Positions 29,302 to 38,956 of a stretch of 64,000 nucleotides of DNA are shown here, in pieces. Below the pieces are notes generated by a model. That model saw only the letters and a program-made list of their open reading frames with translations, ran no database searches and was not told where the DNA came from. The first letter of the stretch is position 1, and each line of letters opens with the position of its first letter. The position numbers and the translations under genes are program-made. Source of the DNA: Candidatus Bathyarchaeota archaeon (GTDB lineage Archaea > Thermoproteota > Bathyarchaeia > Bathyarchaeales > Bathycorpusculaceae); assembly GCA_963707955.1 (NCBI GenBank), contig OY970176.1, positions 1,504,001 through 1,568,000 on the forward strand, given 5' to 3'.

Positions 29302-30750
29302 ATGAAAGATAAACATCTTACAACGAATCAGGGTGTTCCCGTTTCCGACAACCAGAATTCACTCACAGCCGGCGAACGCGGACCCGTGCTGCTGCAGGAC
29401 GTGCACTTGATCGAGAAACTCGCACACTTCGACCGTGAACGCATCCCCGAGCGTGTGGTCCACGCGAAGGGTGCTGGTGCCCACGGATATTTCCAAGTTT
29501 ACAAGAGCATGGCAAAATACACCTGCGCAAGATTCCTTCAAGACCCTAAGAAGAAGACGCCTGTCTTCGTCCGTTTCTCAACAGTTGTCGGCTCACGAGG
29601 GTCCGCAGACACAGCACGCGATCCCAGGGGCTTTGCAGTGAAGTTTTACACCGAAGACGGCAACTATGACTTGGTAGGCAATAACTTGCCAGTTTTCTTC
29701 ATACGAGACGCCATCAAATTCCCTGACATGGTGCACTCCTTCAAACCTGACCCTGACACTGGCTACCCCGCAAGCTCGTCAGCAAACAGTCGCTTCTGGG
29801 ATTTCATCTCACTGACTCCTGAATCGACTCACATGATTACCTGGCTCTTTTCAGATCGAGGAACAGTGAAGAGTTACAGGAAGATGGAAGGATTTGGCGT
29901 CAATACGTACAAGTGGGTGAACGCCAAGGGCAAAGCAGTCTACGTTAAGTATCATTGGAAGCCAAAAGCAGGAATAGAGACTATTGACCGCCATGAGGCT
30001 AATCGCTTGGCAGGTGAGGATCCTGACATTGCCACTCGCGACTTGCACGAAACCATTGCCTCAGGGAAGACAGCAGAGTATGAATTGTGCGTTCAGATCA
30101 TGGAGATCGCTGATGAGTTGAAGCAGGACTTCGACCCGCTTGATGCCACAAAAACTTGGCCCGAAGACAAGTTCCCCCTTATGCCCGTAGGCAAGATGGT
30201 GCTGAACCGCAATCCTGAAAACTTCTTTGCTGAAACGGAGCAAGCTGCTTTCTGCCCGGCCTCTATCGTTCCGGGAATCGATTTCTCCGCTGACAAGCTC
30301 TTGCAGGGCAGAATCTTCTCTTACGCAGACACACAGAGGCATCGGTTGGGTGCAAATTATCTGGAACTTCCAATAAATCGGCCTCAGGCACCTGTCAACA
30401 ACAACCAGCGCGACGGAGCGATGCAGTACGCGCCGTACGGTGGAGGAACAGTCAACTATGAACCTAACACGCTGGCGGGCGGAATGCCAAATGAGGCACC
30501 GGCCACCGTCGCGACTCACGACAATCTCAAAGGCAACATCGGACGCCAGAAAATCAGTTTGACCAACGACTTCAAGCAAGCAGGCCAACGCTATCGCTCA
30601 CTCAGCAAACTGGATCAGAACCACTTAATTGATAACATCGTTGATTCGCTGGGAAAGGCAGACAAGCCGATTCAGCAACGTATGGTCAACAATCTTGCGA
30701 AAGCTGATCCTGAGCTTGGCAAACGCGTGGCAGAAGGCCTGAAACTCTAG
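29302..30750 (+). CDS. katA: Monofunctional haem catalase
   Basis: FDRERIPERVVHAKG, RDPRGFAVKFYT, LQGRIFSYADTQRHR. Confidence 0.97.
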   Translation: MKDKHLTTNQGVPVSDNQNSLTAGERGPVLLQDVHLIEKLAHFDRERIPERVVHAKGAGAHGYFQVYKSMAKYTCARFLQDPKKKTPVFVRFSTVVGSRGSADTARDPRGFAVKFYTEDGNYDLVGNNLPVFFIRDAIKFPDMVHSFKPDPDTGYPASSSANSRFWDFISLTPESTHMITWLFSDRGTVKSYRKMEGFGVNTYKWVNAKGKAVYVKYHWKPKAGIETIDRHEANRLAGEDPDIATRDLHETIASGKTAEYELCVQIMEIADELKQDFDPLDATKTWPEDKFPLMPVGKMVLNRNPENFFAETEQAAFCPASIVPGIDFSADKLLQGRIFSYADTQRHRLGANYLELPINRPQAPVNNNQRDGAMQYAPYGGGTVNYEPNTLAGGMPNEAPATVATHDNLKGNIGRQKISLTNDFKQAGQRYRSLSKLDQNHLIDNIVDSLGKADKPIQQRMVNNLAKADPELGKRVAEGLKL

Positions 30751-30931
30751 AACGGGCTCATAGCACCCCTTTTTTCCAAGTTTTGACCTGCTTTGACCGC
30801 ATTCTCTACAACTCTGAAGCGTCCTTTGGCCACTGCTTGTTTGACTGCTTAGCGCGAGCGCGCTAAGCGCGCGCCGAGTACCAAAAGGTATAAATCAACC
30901 GGCGCTCGCTCGGTTGGGAAGATGACCAAGC

Positions 30932-31201
30932 TTGCCAAGACTTCTCGCCTTCATAGACATCTTCGTAGAATCAGCAGAAATGGACAGTGTAGTGGCATCT
31001 CTTTCCAAGCTTGAAAATCTCGAAGAACTTTTCGAAGTTACGGGCGAGTTTGACATTGTGACTCTGTTTTCAGCGTCTGACATTGAGGAGTTCAGGGACA
31101 TTCTCAAGAACAGGGTGATGAAGATCAAAGGTGTTAAGAGCACCGTGAGCTCCATCATTCTTAAGACCCACAAAGGACCTCGCGCCCGGACACGCCAGTA
31201 G
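30932..31201 (+). CDS. Lrp/AsnC ligand-binding (RAM) domain-only protein, copy 1
   Basis: EVTGEFDIV...I.GVKSTVSSI; no HTH. Confidence 0.85.
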   Translation: MPRLLAFIDIFVESAEMDSVVASLSKLENLEELFEVTGEFDIVTLFSASDIEEFRDILKNRVMKIKGVKSTVSSIILKTHKGPRARTRQ

Positions 31202-31257
31202 GCGGGACCGGGCTAAAGTATTTTGGTGGAGGGGGCAAGCCATAGCCGAAAGAGGTT

Positions 31258-31552
31258 TTGCAAAATTTGATCGATGCCATTCAAGTCCTGTGTGTAGATT
31301 TGTTTCTCGACAACGGGACCATGAGTCCTGAGGTACTTGTCCACGCGCAGCAGCTCTGCCTCAAAAGGCGCAGGGCCAGAGGCCTCGAACGCATAACCAT
31401 ACATGCTCTGCTGTCTATAATCGCAATGCTCTTCACAGCGCTTGTAGCGTTAAGGCTGAACAGGCTGGAAAAGGCTAGATGCATCACCATGCTCGCAAGA
31501 TAACGGAAATTGACAGAAAGAAATCGATTTAGCAACAGGCTGGCGCGCGCGC
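31258..31552 (+). mobile_element. IS remnant: 3' end of a DDE transposase (IS1182/IS5-like) plus its right end
   Basis: RRARGLERITIHALLSIIAML C-terminal motif; terminus tttagcaacagg-ctgg-(gc)5 matches the MITE ends at 55 and 56.6 kb. Confidence 0.7.
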
Positions 31553-31626
31553 TAACATTCTTTAACCTCGATCCAGAATTGTGATGTCCCAAAAACTTTT
31601 ATACGATAGTTTATAGTCCTTGTAAA

Positions 31627-32064
31627 ATGATGCCAACTGTAAGAGATTTTATGGCCACGAATGTCATCACAATTGATGTTCAGGGGACCGTGCTTGAGGC
31701 TGCAAAGCTAATGCACCAACAAGATGTAGGTGATCTCGTAGTAATGGAGGGCAATGTCGCAAAGGGAATAGTTACTGAAAGAGACTTAGTTAGAAGGGTA
31801 ATGGCACAGAAAAAACCGCTTGATACTAAAGTCTCTGAGGTAATGTCTGATCCGCTTATAACAATCGAGGAGGAAGCCTCAATCAGAGATGCTGCGAGGA
31901 AAATGGTCAAGTACAAAATAAGGCGGTTTCCCGTTACGAAGAAAGATGTGTTGGTCGGTATAATAGCCACTTCCGATTTTGCTAGGCACCTTAGCAAAAA
32001 AACCTTCAGTGAAGAAATAATCGATGCCATGACCCGATATCCCTTAACCGACGCCAACCGATGA
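31627..32064 (+). CDS. Tandem CBS-domain protein
   Basis: VRDFM, GIVTERDL, VSEVMS.P, IRRFPV. Confidence 0.92.
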   Translation: MMPTVRDFMATNVITIDVQGTVLEAAKLMHQQDVGDLVVMEGNVAKGIVTERDLVRRVMAQKKPLDTKVSEVMSDPLITIEEEASIRDAARKMVKYKIRRFPVTKKDVLVGIIATSDFARHLSKKTFSEEIIDAMTRYPLTDANR

Positions 32065-32089
32065 GCGCGCCGCGCATGCTATTCCGAAA

Positions 32090-32419
32090 TTAGTTCGCGA
32101 AAAATCTGATGCTTCTGGATTTGCTTAATTTGTGCGTGTTGACAGCTGCTTGACCTGTCAGAAGCATCGCAATGACGCAGAGCTGAGAATGAAACGTTAC
32201 CTTGGCTAATCCTCTGAGATTATGCTGCGTAAGACTTGACAAGTTTTTGAGTCTGCTGAAAACTCGCTCTATTACTACCCGTTTCTTGTAAGCTGTTTTG
32301 AATTCTTGAGGACCAGGACTCCTAAACTTCCGATCGACTCTCAGAATGCCCCTGACGCCTTTACTTTGATTTCTTGGACACGGAATAACGGGCAGAGTTC
32401 CGCACTCTGATTTCGGCAT
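32090..32419 (-). mobile_element. DDE transposase C-terminal remnant (IS1182/IS5-like)
   Basis: YKKRVVIERVFSRLK...RGLAKVTFH (YxxRxxxE motif); N-terminus missing. Confidence 0.8.
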
Positions 32420-32616
32420 CTTGCCTAAGAGTTCAGAGATGTCCTACTGAAGAAAATAAAGTTTAAAGGCATAAAAGCACAATAACCGCTATAATCTTGG
32501 AGTTTCACAAGGGATCCAAATGCCAACAGAAAAGCGTGAGTTTCACCGTTAAAATAGGAAGGAGCGGAAAGGAGCCATAGTGAGTCAGCTTGCTGTCTTT
32601 TGGAGTCTCGGAATAG

Positions 32617-34272
32617 ATGATCGATGCAATTCAAGCCATATCAGTCGTCCTCATAGTTGGAACAACCATACTTATAGCGAAACTCATAGCACCTTACCTT
32701 GTCAGAGTTTATAAACGGGCACCAAGCCGTCTAGACAAAGTCCTAAATCCTATTGAGAATTTTATTTACAAAATATGCAGCATAGATCCAGAGCATCCGA
32801 TGGGTTGGAAACAGTACTTTCTTGCTGGCTTACTGCTTAACGTTGCCCAGATGGTTATCGCTTTTCTAATACTGGTCTTTCAGGATAAATTGCCGCTTAA
32901 CCCTCTAGGCAAACCAGGTCTGAGTTGGGACCTAGCCTTCAGCACCGCAATCTCGTTTGCGACAAACACTAACCTTCAACACTACAACGGAGAACAAACA
33001 CTATCCATATTTAGCCAGATGACCGCCATCCAATTCCTACAATGGATCTCAGCAGCAACCGGAATATGCATGGGTGTAGCATTCATTCGGGGATTCATTG
33101 TCGGCTCTAAAAACGTGGGAAACTTCCACGTAGACTTCGTCAGAACCATAACCAGAGTACTGTTGCCACTGTGCCTCATAGCCTCGGTTGTCTTCGTGGC
33201 TATGGGTGTCCCACAGACTCTTAACGCTTCCACCGCAGTAACGACGCTGCAAGGTACAACACAATCAATCCTCGTCGGGCCAGTTGCTTCCCTCGACTCA
33301 ATAATGCAGTTGGGCACGAACGGCGGAGGATTCTTCGGCGCCAACGCTGCTTACCCGTTTATGAACCCGTCGCCTTACTCGAACATATTTATGATATCCT
33401 TGATGCTTCTTCTTCCAACAGCACTCTGCTTCGTTTTCGGAGAATTGCTGGGTAAAAAGAAGGAGACTCGACCCATACTGTGGGGCGCTTACATTCTTAT
33501 CGGAATTAACCTCGCCATAGCTTTTGCCCCAAATATCCCTCTGATCGCTCCAGGCATAGAAACGAGGTTCGGCGGCTTCATGTCCAATTTCTATACCGTA
33601 ATTACGACGGCTGCCACTACCGGCTCCGTTAACTCTGCGCTATCGGGCATGCATCCTCTGGTCATAACTTCCGGCTTTATTGGAATGTTCATTCAGTCGA
33701 TTCCGGGCGGAAAAGGAGTCGGATTGATGTACATGGTCATGTTCGTAATAATCACTGTCTTCATCGTTGGACTAATGTCTGGAAGGACTCCTGAATACTT
33801 AGGAATCAAGATCACTGGCCGCGACGTAAAGCTTGTCATGGTTGCTTTCCTAATCCACCCCATAATAATCCTAATTCCCACGGTAATCGCTTACACTTCG
33901 GGCGCAGCGGCGGCCATCGAGGTAAGTGGAAACTCTGTCGGTTTCACGCAAATCCTGTACGAATTCACATCAGCGGCGGCGAACAACGGTTCCGATTTCT
34001 TAGGCGCCAAAGCAAACACCCCGTTCTTTAACATAGCCACAGGTATCATCATGTTCATAGGACGCTACGCTCCAATTGCAATCTTGCTTGCACTTTCTGG
34101 CTCCATGATCGGGCGAAAACGAGGCGGCACCACAGGCCTCAAAACCGACAGCGCAATATTCACAATAGTTTTAGTCGGCAGCATTATCATACTCGTAGTA
34201 TTGACTTTCTTCCCATTCTTGGCGCTTGGACCAATTTCATCATTCTTCAGGGGGTTAAAGAATGGCTACTGA
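32617..34272 (+). CDS. kdpA: K+-transporting ATPase subunit A
   Basis: SFATNTNLQHY, LGTNGGGFFGAN, GRTPEYLG, SAAANNGS. Confidence 0.96.
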   Translation: MIDAIQAISVVLIVGTTILIAKLIAPYLVRVYKRAPSRLDKVLNPIENFIYKICSIDPEHPMGWKQYFLAGLLLNVAQMVIAFLILVFQDKLPLNPLGKPGLSWDLAFSTAISFATNTNLQHYNGEQTLSIFSQMTAIQFLQWISAATGICMGVAFIRGFIVGSKNVGNFHVDFVRTITRVLLPLCLIASVVFVAMGVPQTLNASTAVTTLQGTTQSILVGPVASLDSIMQLGTNGGGFFGANAAYPFMNPSPYSNIFMISLMLLLPTALCFVFGELLGKKKETRPILWGAYILIGINLAIAFAPNIPLIAPGIETRFGGFMSNFYTVITTAATTGSVNSALSGMHPLVITSGFIGMFIQSIPGGKGVGLMYMVMFVIITVFIVGLMSGRTPEYLGIKITGRDVKLVMVAFLIHPIIILIPTVIAYTSGAAAAIEVSGNSVGFTQILYEFTSAAANNGSDFLGAKANTPFFNIATGIIMFIGRYAPIAILLALSGSMIGRKRGGTTGLKTDSAIFTIVLVGSIIILVVLTFFPFLALGPISSFFRGLKNGY

Positions 34273-36442
34273 TGACAAGAAAACTTTGCCGCCAACAAAA
34301 AGCAAAGAATCAGCCCCTGGAGGATTGAGGTCAGCTTTGTCTAGAAAAGTGCTAGTCGATTCAGTGGTTCGTTTAAGCCCCAAATCACTGCTCAAAAATC
34401 CAGTGATGCTAATCGTTGAAATCACCTTCTTCATTGTTGTAGCAATGGCTATAGTTCCACAGGCTTTCGGACCGGTAGCAAGTTACCCTCGAATCTTCTA
34501 CGTTGAAGTTGCCGCAATTCTGCTCATTACGGTTTGGTTCAGCACACTCTCCGACGCTCTTGCCGAGCAGCAGGCAAAAAGCACGGCTGGCGCCCTACGG
34601 AAATTGGAAACCGAGGTGTCCAGCAAAAAAATTGTAACGGAAGAATGGGCAAGGAAGATAGTAGCAGTGAAATCAACTGAACTCAGAAAAGACGACCGTA
34701 TCCTGATTGAAAAAGGCGACATTGTTCCCTTGGACGCTGATGTGCTCGAGGGGATTGCCATGGTTGACGAGTCGCTTTTCACGGGTGAATCAGCCCCGGT
34801 TCGGAAGGCGCCTGGGGACTCGCTTATCGGTGGATCGCGAGTGGTAAGCGATGCTTTAACGGCGAAGGTCACGACGAACCCTGGAGAGACTTTCATTGAC
34901 CAAATGATAAAGATGGTTGAATCTTCAAAGAGACCAAAGACACCCAACGAAATTGCAATAACTATGGTGTTGATTGGGTTAACCGCCATTTTCACTATCA
35001 TTATAGTCGCTTTGCTAGGCCTGTCGGTGACGCTGGGTCTGGGCGCTGACCTCTCCGTGCTCATCGCGCTCTACGTCTGCCTTCTTCCCACAACCATAGG
35101 CGCCCTGTTGCCTGCAATTGGGCTTTCCGGAATGTCTCGATTGTACAAACGTAGGATAATTGCCAAGTCGGGCAAAGCCATAGAAACCGCAGGTGACGCA
35201 GATGTTGTTCTTCTGGACAAGACGGGTACGATCACTGTTGGCAACAGACAGGCAATAGAGTTTGTACCGTTTGATGGCAGTTCAGAAGAAGACGTAGGGG
35301 AAGCAGCGTTTCTGTCTTCATGGAACGACGATACCCCTGAAGGGCGCAGCATACTAGGCCTAGCATATGAGAAAGGTTTCGTGCCAAAAGAACTGAACTC
35401 TCTTGCACTTTCAGAAACTTACGCGTTCTCAGCCAGCACCCGCACGAGCGGAGTGAAAATAACTCACGTGGGCTTAACTCTTCCTAAAGGTGATAAATCA
35501 GGACGAGGCCGGCTGAGAATCAGAAGAAAATCCTCAGCAGCATCCGAACAAGAAGAAGCCGCAGGAATCGAACCTGAAATTGAAATCTTCAAAGGCGCTC
35601 CAGAAGCCATCAAAAAAACCATAGTTTCCGTTCCTCCAAACTATGACCGCATCGTAGAAGGAATATCTGCAGAGGGCGAAACACCTATTGCCATCGCGAG
35701 AAACCGCGAAGCCATCGGAATAATCAGATTAAAAGACGTCCTTAAAGAAGGCATAAAAGAAAAAATACAAGCTCTTAAAGTCATGGGAATACGCCCAGTA
35801 ATGATAACTGGAGACCAACCACTCACTGCAAAAAGTATTGCATCAGAGGTTGGAATCGAAGAATATGTAGCGCAGGCCAAGCCCGAGGACAAGTTCAACA
35901 TCGCCAAGAAGGAGCAAGCTGAAAGCAGAATTGTCGCAATGATAGGCGATGGAACTAATGATGCCCCAGCACTTTCCGTTGCTGATGTTGGTCTGGCGAT
36001 GAATTCAGGCACCGAGGCTGCTAAGGAAGCGGCGAACATGGTTGACCTTGAATCAAATCCCGCAAAAATAATCGATGTCGTCATGCTTGGCAAACAGTTG
36101 CTCATGACTCGAGGCGCGGTTACTGCTTTCAGCATTGCCAATGATGTCGCCAAATACTTCGCTATCATGCCTGTACTGTTCAGCGCTGCCATACCTCAAC
36201 TGCAAGCCTTGAACATTCTCCACCTTGGCTTGAAAAGTGCAGTCTTGTCAGCTTTAATATTCAACGCTATTATCATACCGCTTTTGATTCCTCTGGCCAT
36301 GCGAGGAATCGCTTTTAAACCTACAAGCACCATGACGCTTTTTCTTAAGAACACCTTAATTTACGGTGTAGGCGGCGTCATTGTGCCATTCGTAGGAATT
36401 AAATTGATAGATCTATTCCTTGTGGGAGTATTTCACGTTTAG
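34262..36442 (+). CDS. kdpB: K+-transporting ATPase subunit B
   Basis: TGESAPV, CLLPTTIG, DKTGTIT, GDGTNDAPA, TRGAVTAFSIANDVAKYF. Confidence 0.96.
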   Translation: MATDDKKTLPPTKSKESAPGGLRSALSRKVLVDSVVRLSPKSLLKNPVMLIVEITFFIVVAMAIVPQAFGPVASYPRIFYVEVAAILLITVWFSTLSDALAEQQAKSTAGALRKLETEVSSKKIVTEEWARKIVAVKSTELRKDDRILIEKGDIVPLDADVLEGIAMVDESLFTGESAPVRKAPGDSLIGGSRVVSDALTAKVTTNPGETFIDQMIKMVESSKRPKTPNEIAITMVLIGLTAIFTIIIVALLGLSVTLGLGADLSVLIALYVCLLPTTIGALLPAIGLSGMSRLYKRRIIAKSGKAIETAGDADVVLLDKTGTITVGNRQAIEFVPFDGSSEEDVGEAAFLSSWNDDTPEGRSILGLAYEKGFVPKELNSLALSETYAFSASTRTSGVKITHVGLTLPKGDKSGRGRLRIRRKSSAASEQEEAAGIEPEIEIFKGAPEAIKKTIVSVPPNYDRIVEGISAEGETPIAIARNREAIGIIRLKDVLKEGIKEKIQALKVMGIRPVMITGDQPLTAKSIASEVGIEEYVAQAKPEDKFNIAKKEQAESRIVAMIGDGTNDAPALSVADVGLAMNSGTEAAKEAANMVDLESNPAKIIDVVMLGKQLLMTRGAVTAFSIANDVAKYFAIMPVLFSAAIPQLQALNILHLGLKSAVLSALIFNAIIIPLLIPLAMRGIAFKPTSTMTLFLKNTLIYGVGGVIVPFVGIKLIDLFLVGVFHV

Positions 36443-36448
36443 GAACGA

Positions 36449-36922
36449 ATGACTATGACAACTGAACAAAAAGAAAAATGGAACCTAAAGAACCTCAAAC
36501 CTATTATAGGATTAGCACTGGTTTCACTGTTGATTTGCGGACTACTTTTCCCACTATTAATCACGGGCTTAGGCCAGATTTTCTTTCCCTACCAAGCGAA
36601 CGGCGAACTAGTCAAGCTCAACGGGCAAGCTGTCGGATCAAATCTTATAGCTCAAAACTTTACCTTGCCCATTTTCTTCCAGACAAGAGACCAGTCACAG
36701 TCAGCGTCGGGCGTGGACCCTGACATTACCCTTCAGCAAGCATATTCACAGATACCCCGAATAAGCAATGCAACCGGGATTGCTGCCGATTCGTTAACAA
36801 ATATAGTGAACCAGAATCAAGAAGGAACGCTTTGGATCTTTGGCAGCCCATACGTAAACGTCTTGCGAATCAATCTGGTGCTCATAAAAGAATATCCTTC
36901 AATCTACAACGGCTTCCCTTGA
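36449..36922 (+). CDS. kdpC: K+-transporting ATPase subunit C (short form)
   Basis: FPYQANG, GSNLIAQ.F, SASGVDPDI, YVNVL.IN. Confidence 0.9.
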   Translation: MTMTTEQKEKWNLKNLKPIIGLALVSLLICGLLFPLLITGLGQIFFPYQANGELVKLNGQAVGSNLIAQNFTLPIFFQTRDQSQSASGVDPDITLQQAYSQIPRISNATGIAADSLTNIVNQNQEGTLWIFGSPYVNVLRINLVLIKEYPSIYNGFP

Positions 36923-37080
36923 ACCAGAAACGCGCATTGAAGCCATAGAGCTCTTTGGCAACATCCTTTTCCAACAGACGCAGATTCCATCTCCACCGAT
37001 AATCAGCGTGCCACCAGTCCTGGTTTACCGAAACGTTTAAAGGGACACAGCGCGTGTCCCTGTGAGAAAGATGACCATAC

Positions 37081-37344
37081 GTGTCCCGCCTACTCGCGTT
37101 CGTCGACATCTTCGTAGAGTCACCAGAAATGGACAACGTAGTAGCGGCACTGTCTAAACTTGACAATCTCGAGGAGCTGTACGAAGTAACGGGCGAGTTT
37201 GACATTGTGACCCTGTTTTCAGCTTCTGACATTGAGGAGTTCAGGGACATTCTCAAGAACAGGGTGATGAAGATCAAAGGTGTCAAGAGCACCGTAAGCT
37301 CCATCGTTGCCCGCGTTGGTCAAAGACGAAAAGTCTCCACTTGA
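37081..37344 (+). CDS. Lrp/AsnC RAM domain-only protein, copy 2 (divergent C-terminus)
   Basis: Paralogue of 30932-31201. Confidence 0.8.
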   Translation: MSRLLAFVDIFVESPEMDNVVAALSKLDNLEELYEVTGEFDIVTLFSASDIEEFRDILKNRVMKIKGVKSTVSSIVARVGQRRKVST

Positions 37345-37584
37345 GGAGAAATCCCCTTTGACACACAACCAATTCTGACAGCGCGCGCTTCTATCAGTCT
37401 TCTTAAGTCAGTTTGACCCGTCTATTCATTAGAAGAAAACGGTCATGTGAAGACGGACTTCCGGAGATATCCGCCTTGGTTGCGGATCCATGCCCACCCG
37501 GCTCCCTAAAGAAAACCCTGAAGATTGCGCTGAGTCTTGACGAGGAAGATGCCTTTATAAAACAAGTCGTTTTAGTCACCTGTC

Positions 37585-38265
37585 ATGAGAGTTGGAGTGC
37601 TTTTCTCAGGGGGAAAAGACTCGTGTTTGGCGTTGCACAAATCGCAGAGTTTTCATGATGCAGTTTGTCTGATAAGCTTGATCTCCGAAAGTGAGGAGAG
37701 CTACATGTTTCATGTTCCCAACATAGAATTGACTGGAAAACAGGCTGAAGCCATCGGGTTGCCACTGGTTCAAAGAAGAACGGAAGGCAAGAAAGAGAAG
37801 GAACTTGAAGATCTGAAAAGAGCCATCCGTACGGCCAAGGCCGATTTCGACTTGGAAGGAATAGTGACGGGCGCCGTAAGATCAATCTATCAGTCAACGC
37901 GCGTACAAAGAATCTGTAAACAGCTCGGTTTGTGGTGCTTCAACCCCTTATGGCTAAAGGATGAGATAGAGCTTCTGAACGAGGTTGTCAAGAGTAAGTA
38001 TGAAGTTATCATATCTGGCGTATTCGCTTTTCCTTTGGACAGAGAATTCTTGGGAAAAAGTTTGGATGACGAACTGATTCAGAAGCTCGCAAGATTGAAG
38101 GAAGAGTATGGTTTAAGCCCTGCTGGAGAAGGTGGGGAAATAGAGACAACCGTGACAGACGCCCCTTTTTTCAAGAAAAGGCTAGAAATCCTAGATTCTG
38201 AAGTCTCTTACAAGGACTACTCAGGCATGTTCAGGATAAAAAATCTGAGGTTAATCGACAAATGA
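37585..38265 (+). CDS. Diphthine--ammonia ligase (Dph6/DUF71 PP-loop ATPase)
   Basis: FSGGKDS, SYMFH.P, YQ..RV, PLW, GEGGEIET.V.DAP.F. Confidence 0.9.
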   Translation: MRVGVLFSGGKDSCLALHKSQSFHDAVCLISLISESEESYMFHVPNIELTGKQAEAIGLPLVQRRTEGKKEKELEDLKRAIRTAKADFDLEGIVTGAVRSIYQSTRVQRICKQLGLWCFNPLWLKDEIELLNEVVKSKYEVIISGVFAFPLDREFLGKSLDDELIQKLARLKEEYGLSPAGEGGEIETTVTDAPFFKKRLEILDSEVSYKDYSGMFRIKNLRLIDK

Positions 38266-38825
38266 TTCTGATAGTAAATGTATGTTCAGACAAGTTCAGC
38301 TATCTGGAGTTTGTCAAACCGGTCGAAGACATTCTGAAAAAGGCTGGAGCAGAATCCTTCACAAGACACTTCCTGAGTTTGAATCATCGTGACATAAGCC
38401 AAGCACAAAAAGTGATCATATGCGGAACAGCCTTGAAGGACTTCAAGTATTTGGACAGCACAAGAAAATTCACATGGATAAATGAATCGCGCAAACCGAT
38501 CCTTGGCATCTGCGCGGGAATGCAGATCCTTGCGAAAGTCTTCAATGGCCACATCGTTGAAAGAACAAAAATCGGCAGATACAAGGTGAAGATTACTCGA
38601 AAAAGCAGTGTTGCATCCAAGGATGAATTCTATTCCTATTTCTTGAATTCTAAGGCGGTGGAACCGACCGAAGACTTTGAGACCCTCGGCGAATCTGGCA
38701 ACTTGAAGTGTATAATCAAACACAAACATAGAAGATTCTACGGATGTTTATTCCATCCAGAAGTCCTGAACCCAGAAATCATAACAAACTTCCTAAACGA
38801 GCCAATGCCAGGGAGTCAGTGCTAG
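38262..38825 (+). CDS. Class I glutamine amidotransferase
   Basis: KPILGICAGMQ and FHPE catalytic triad; ATGA overlap with the upstream gene. Confidence 0.88.
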   Translation: MILIVNVCSDKFSYLEFVKPVEDILKKAGAESFTRHFLSLNHRDISQAQKVIICGTALKDFKYLDSTRKFTWINESRKPILGICAGMQILAKVFNGHIVERTKIGRYKVKITRKSSVASKDEFYSYFLNSKAVEPTEDFETLGESGNLKCIIKHKHRRFYGCLFHPEVLNPEIITNFLNEPMPGSQC

Positions 38826-38956
38826 GGTAACCACGACAGACTCTGAAGACGAATAGAACTTCGAGGCAAGTGCAGGTCTTCAAATTATAAATATGCGCTG
38901 CGCATAATTGCAATCATCGTCTGTTGATATAGCCAAAATAGATGTGAGGTTATCCG

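Noticed and set aside
32480-32580. c-di-AMP (ydaO) riboswitch upstream of kdpA
   Set aside because: Only a ccgct/agcgg pairing is present; the conserved core of the motif could not be matched.
38892-38906. Palindrome tatgcgc-t-gcgcata after a TATA box upstream of the isochorismatase gene
   Set aside because: Single occurrence with no adjacent regulator; it could be an operator but is unsupported.
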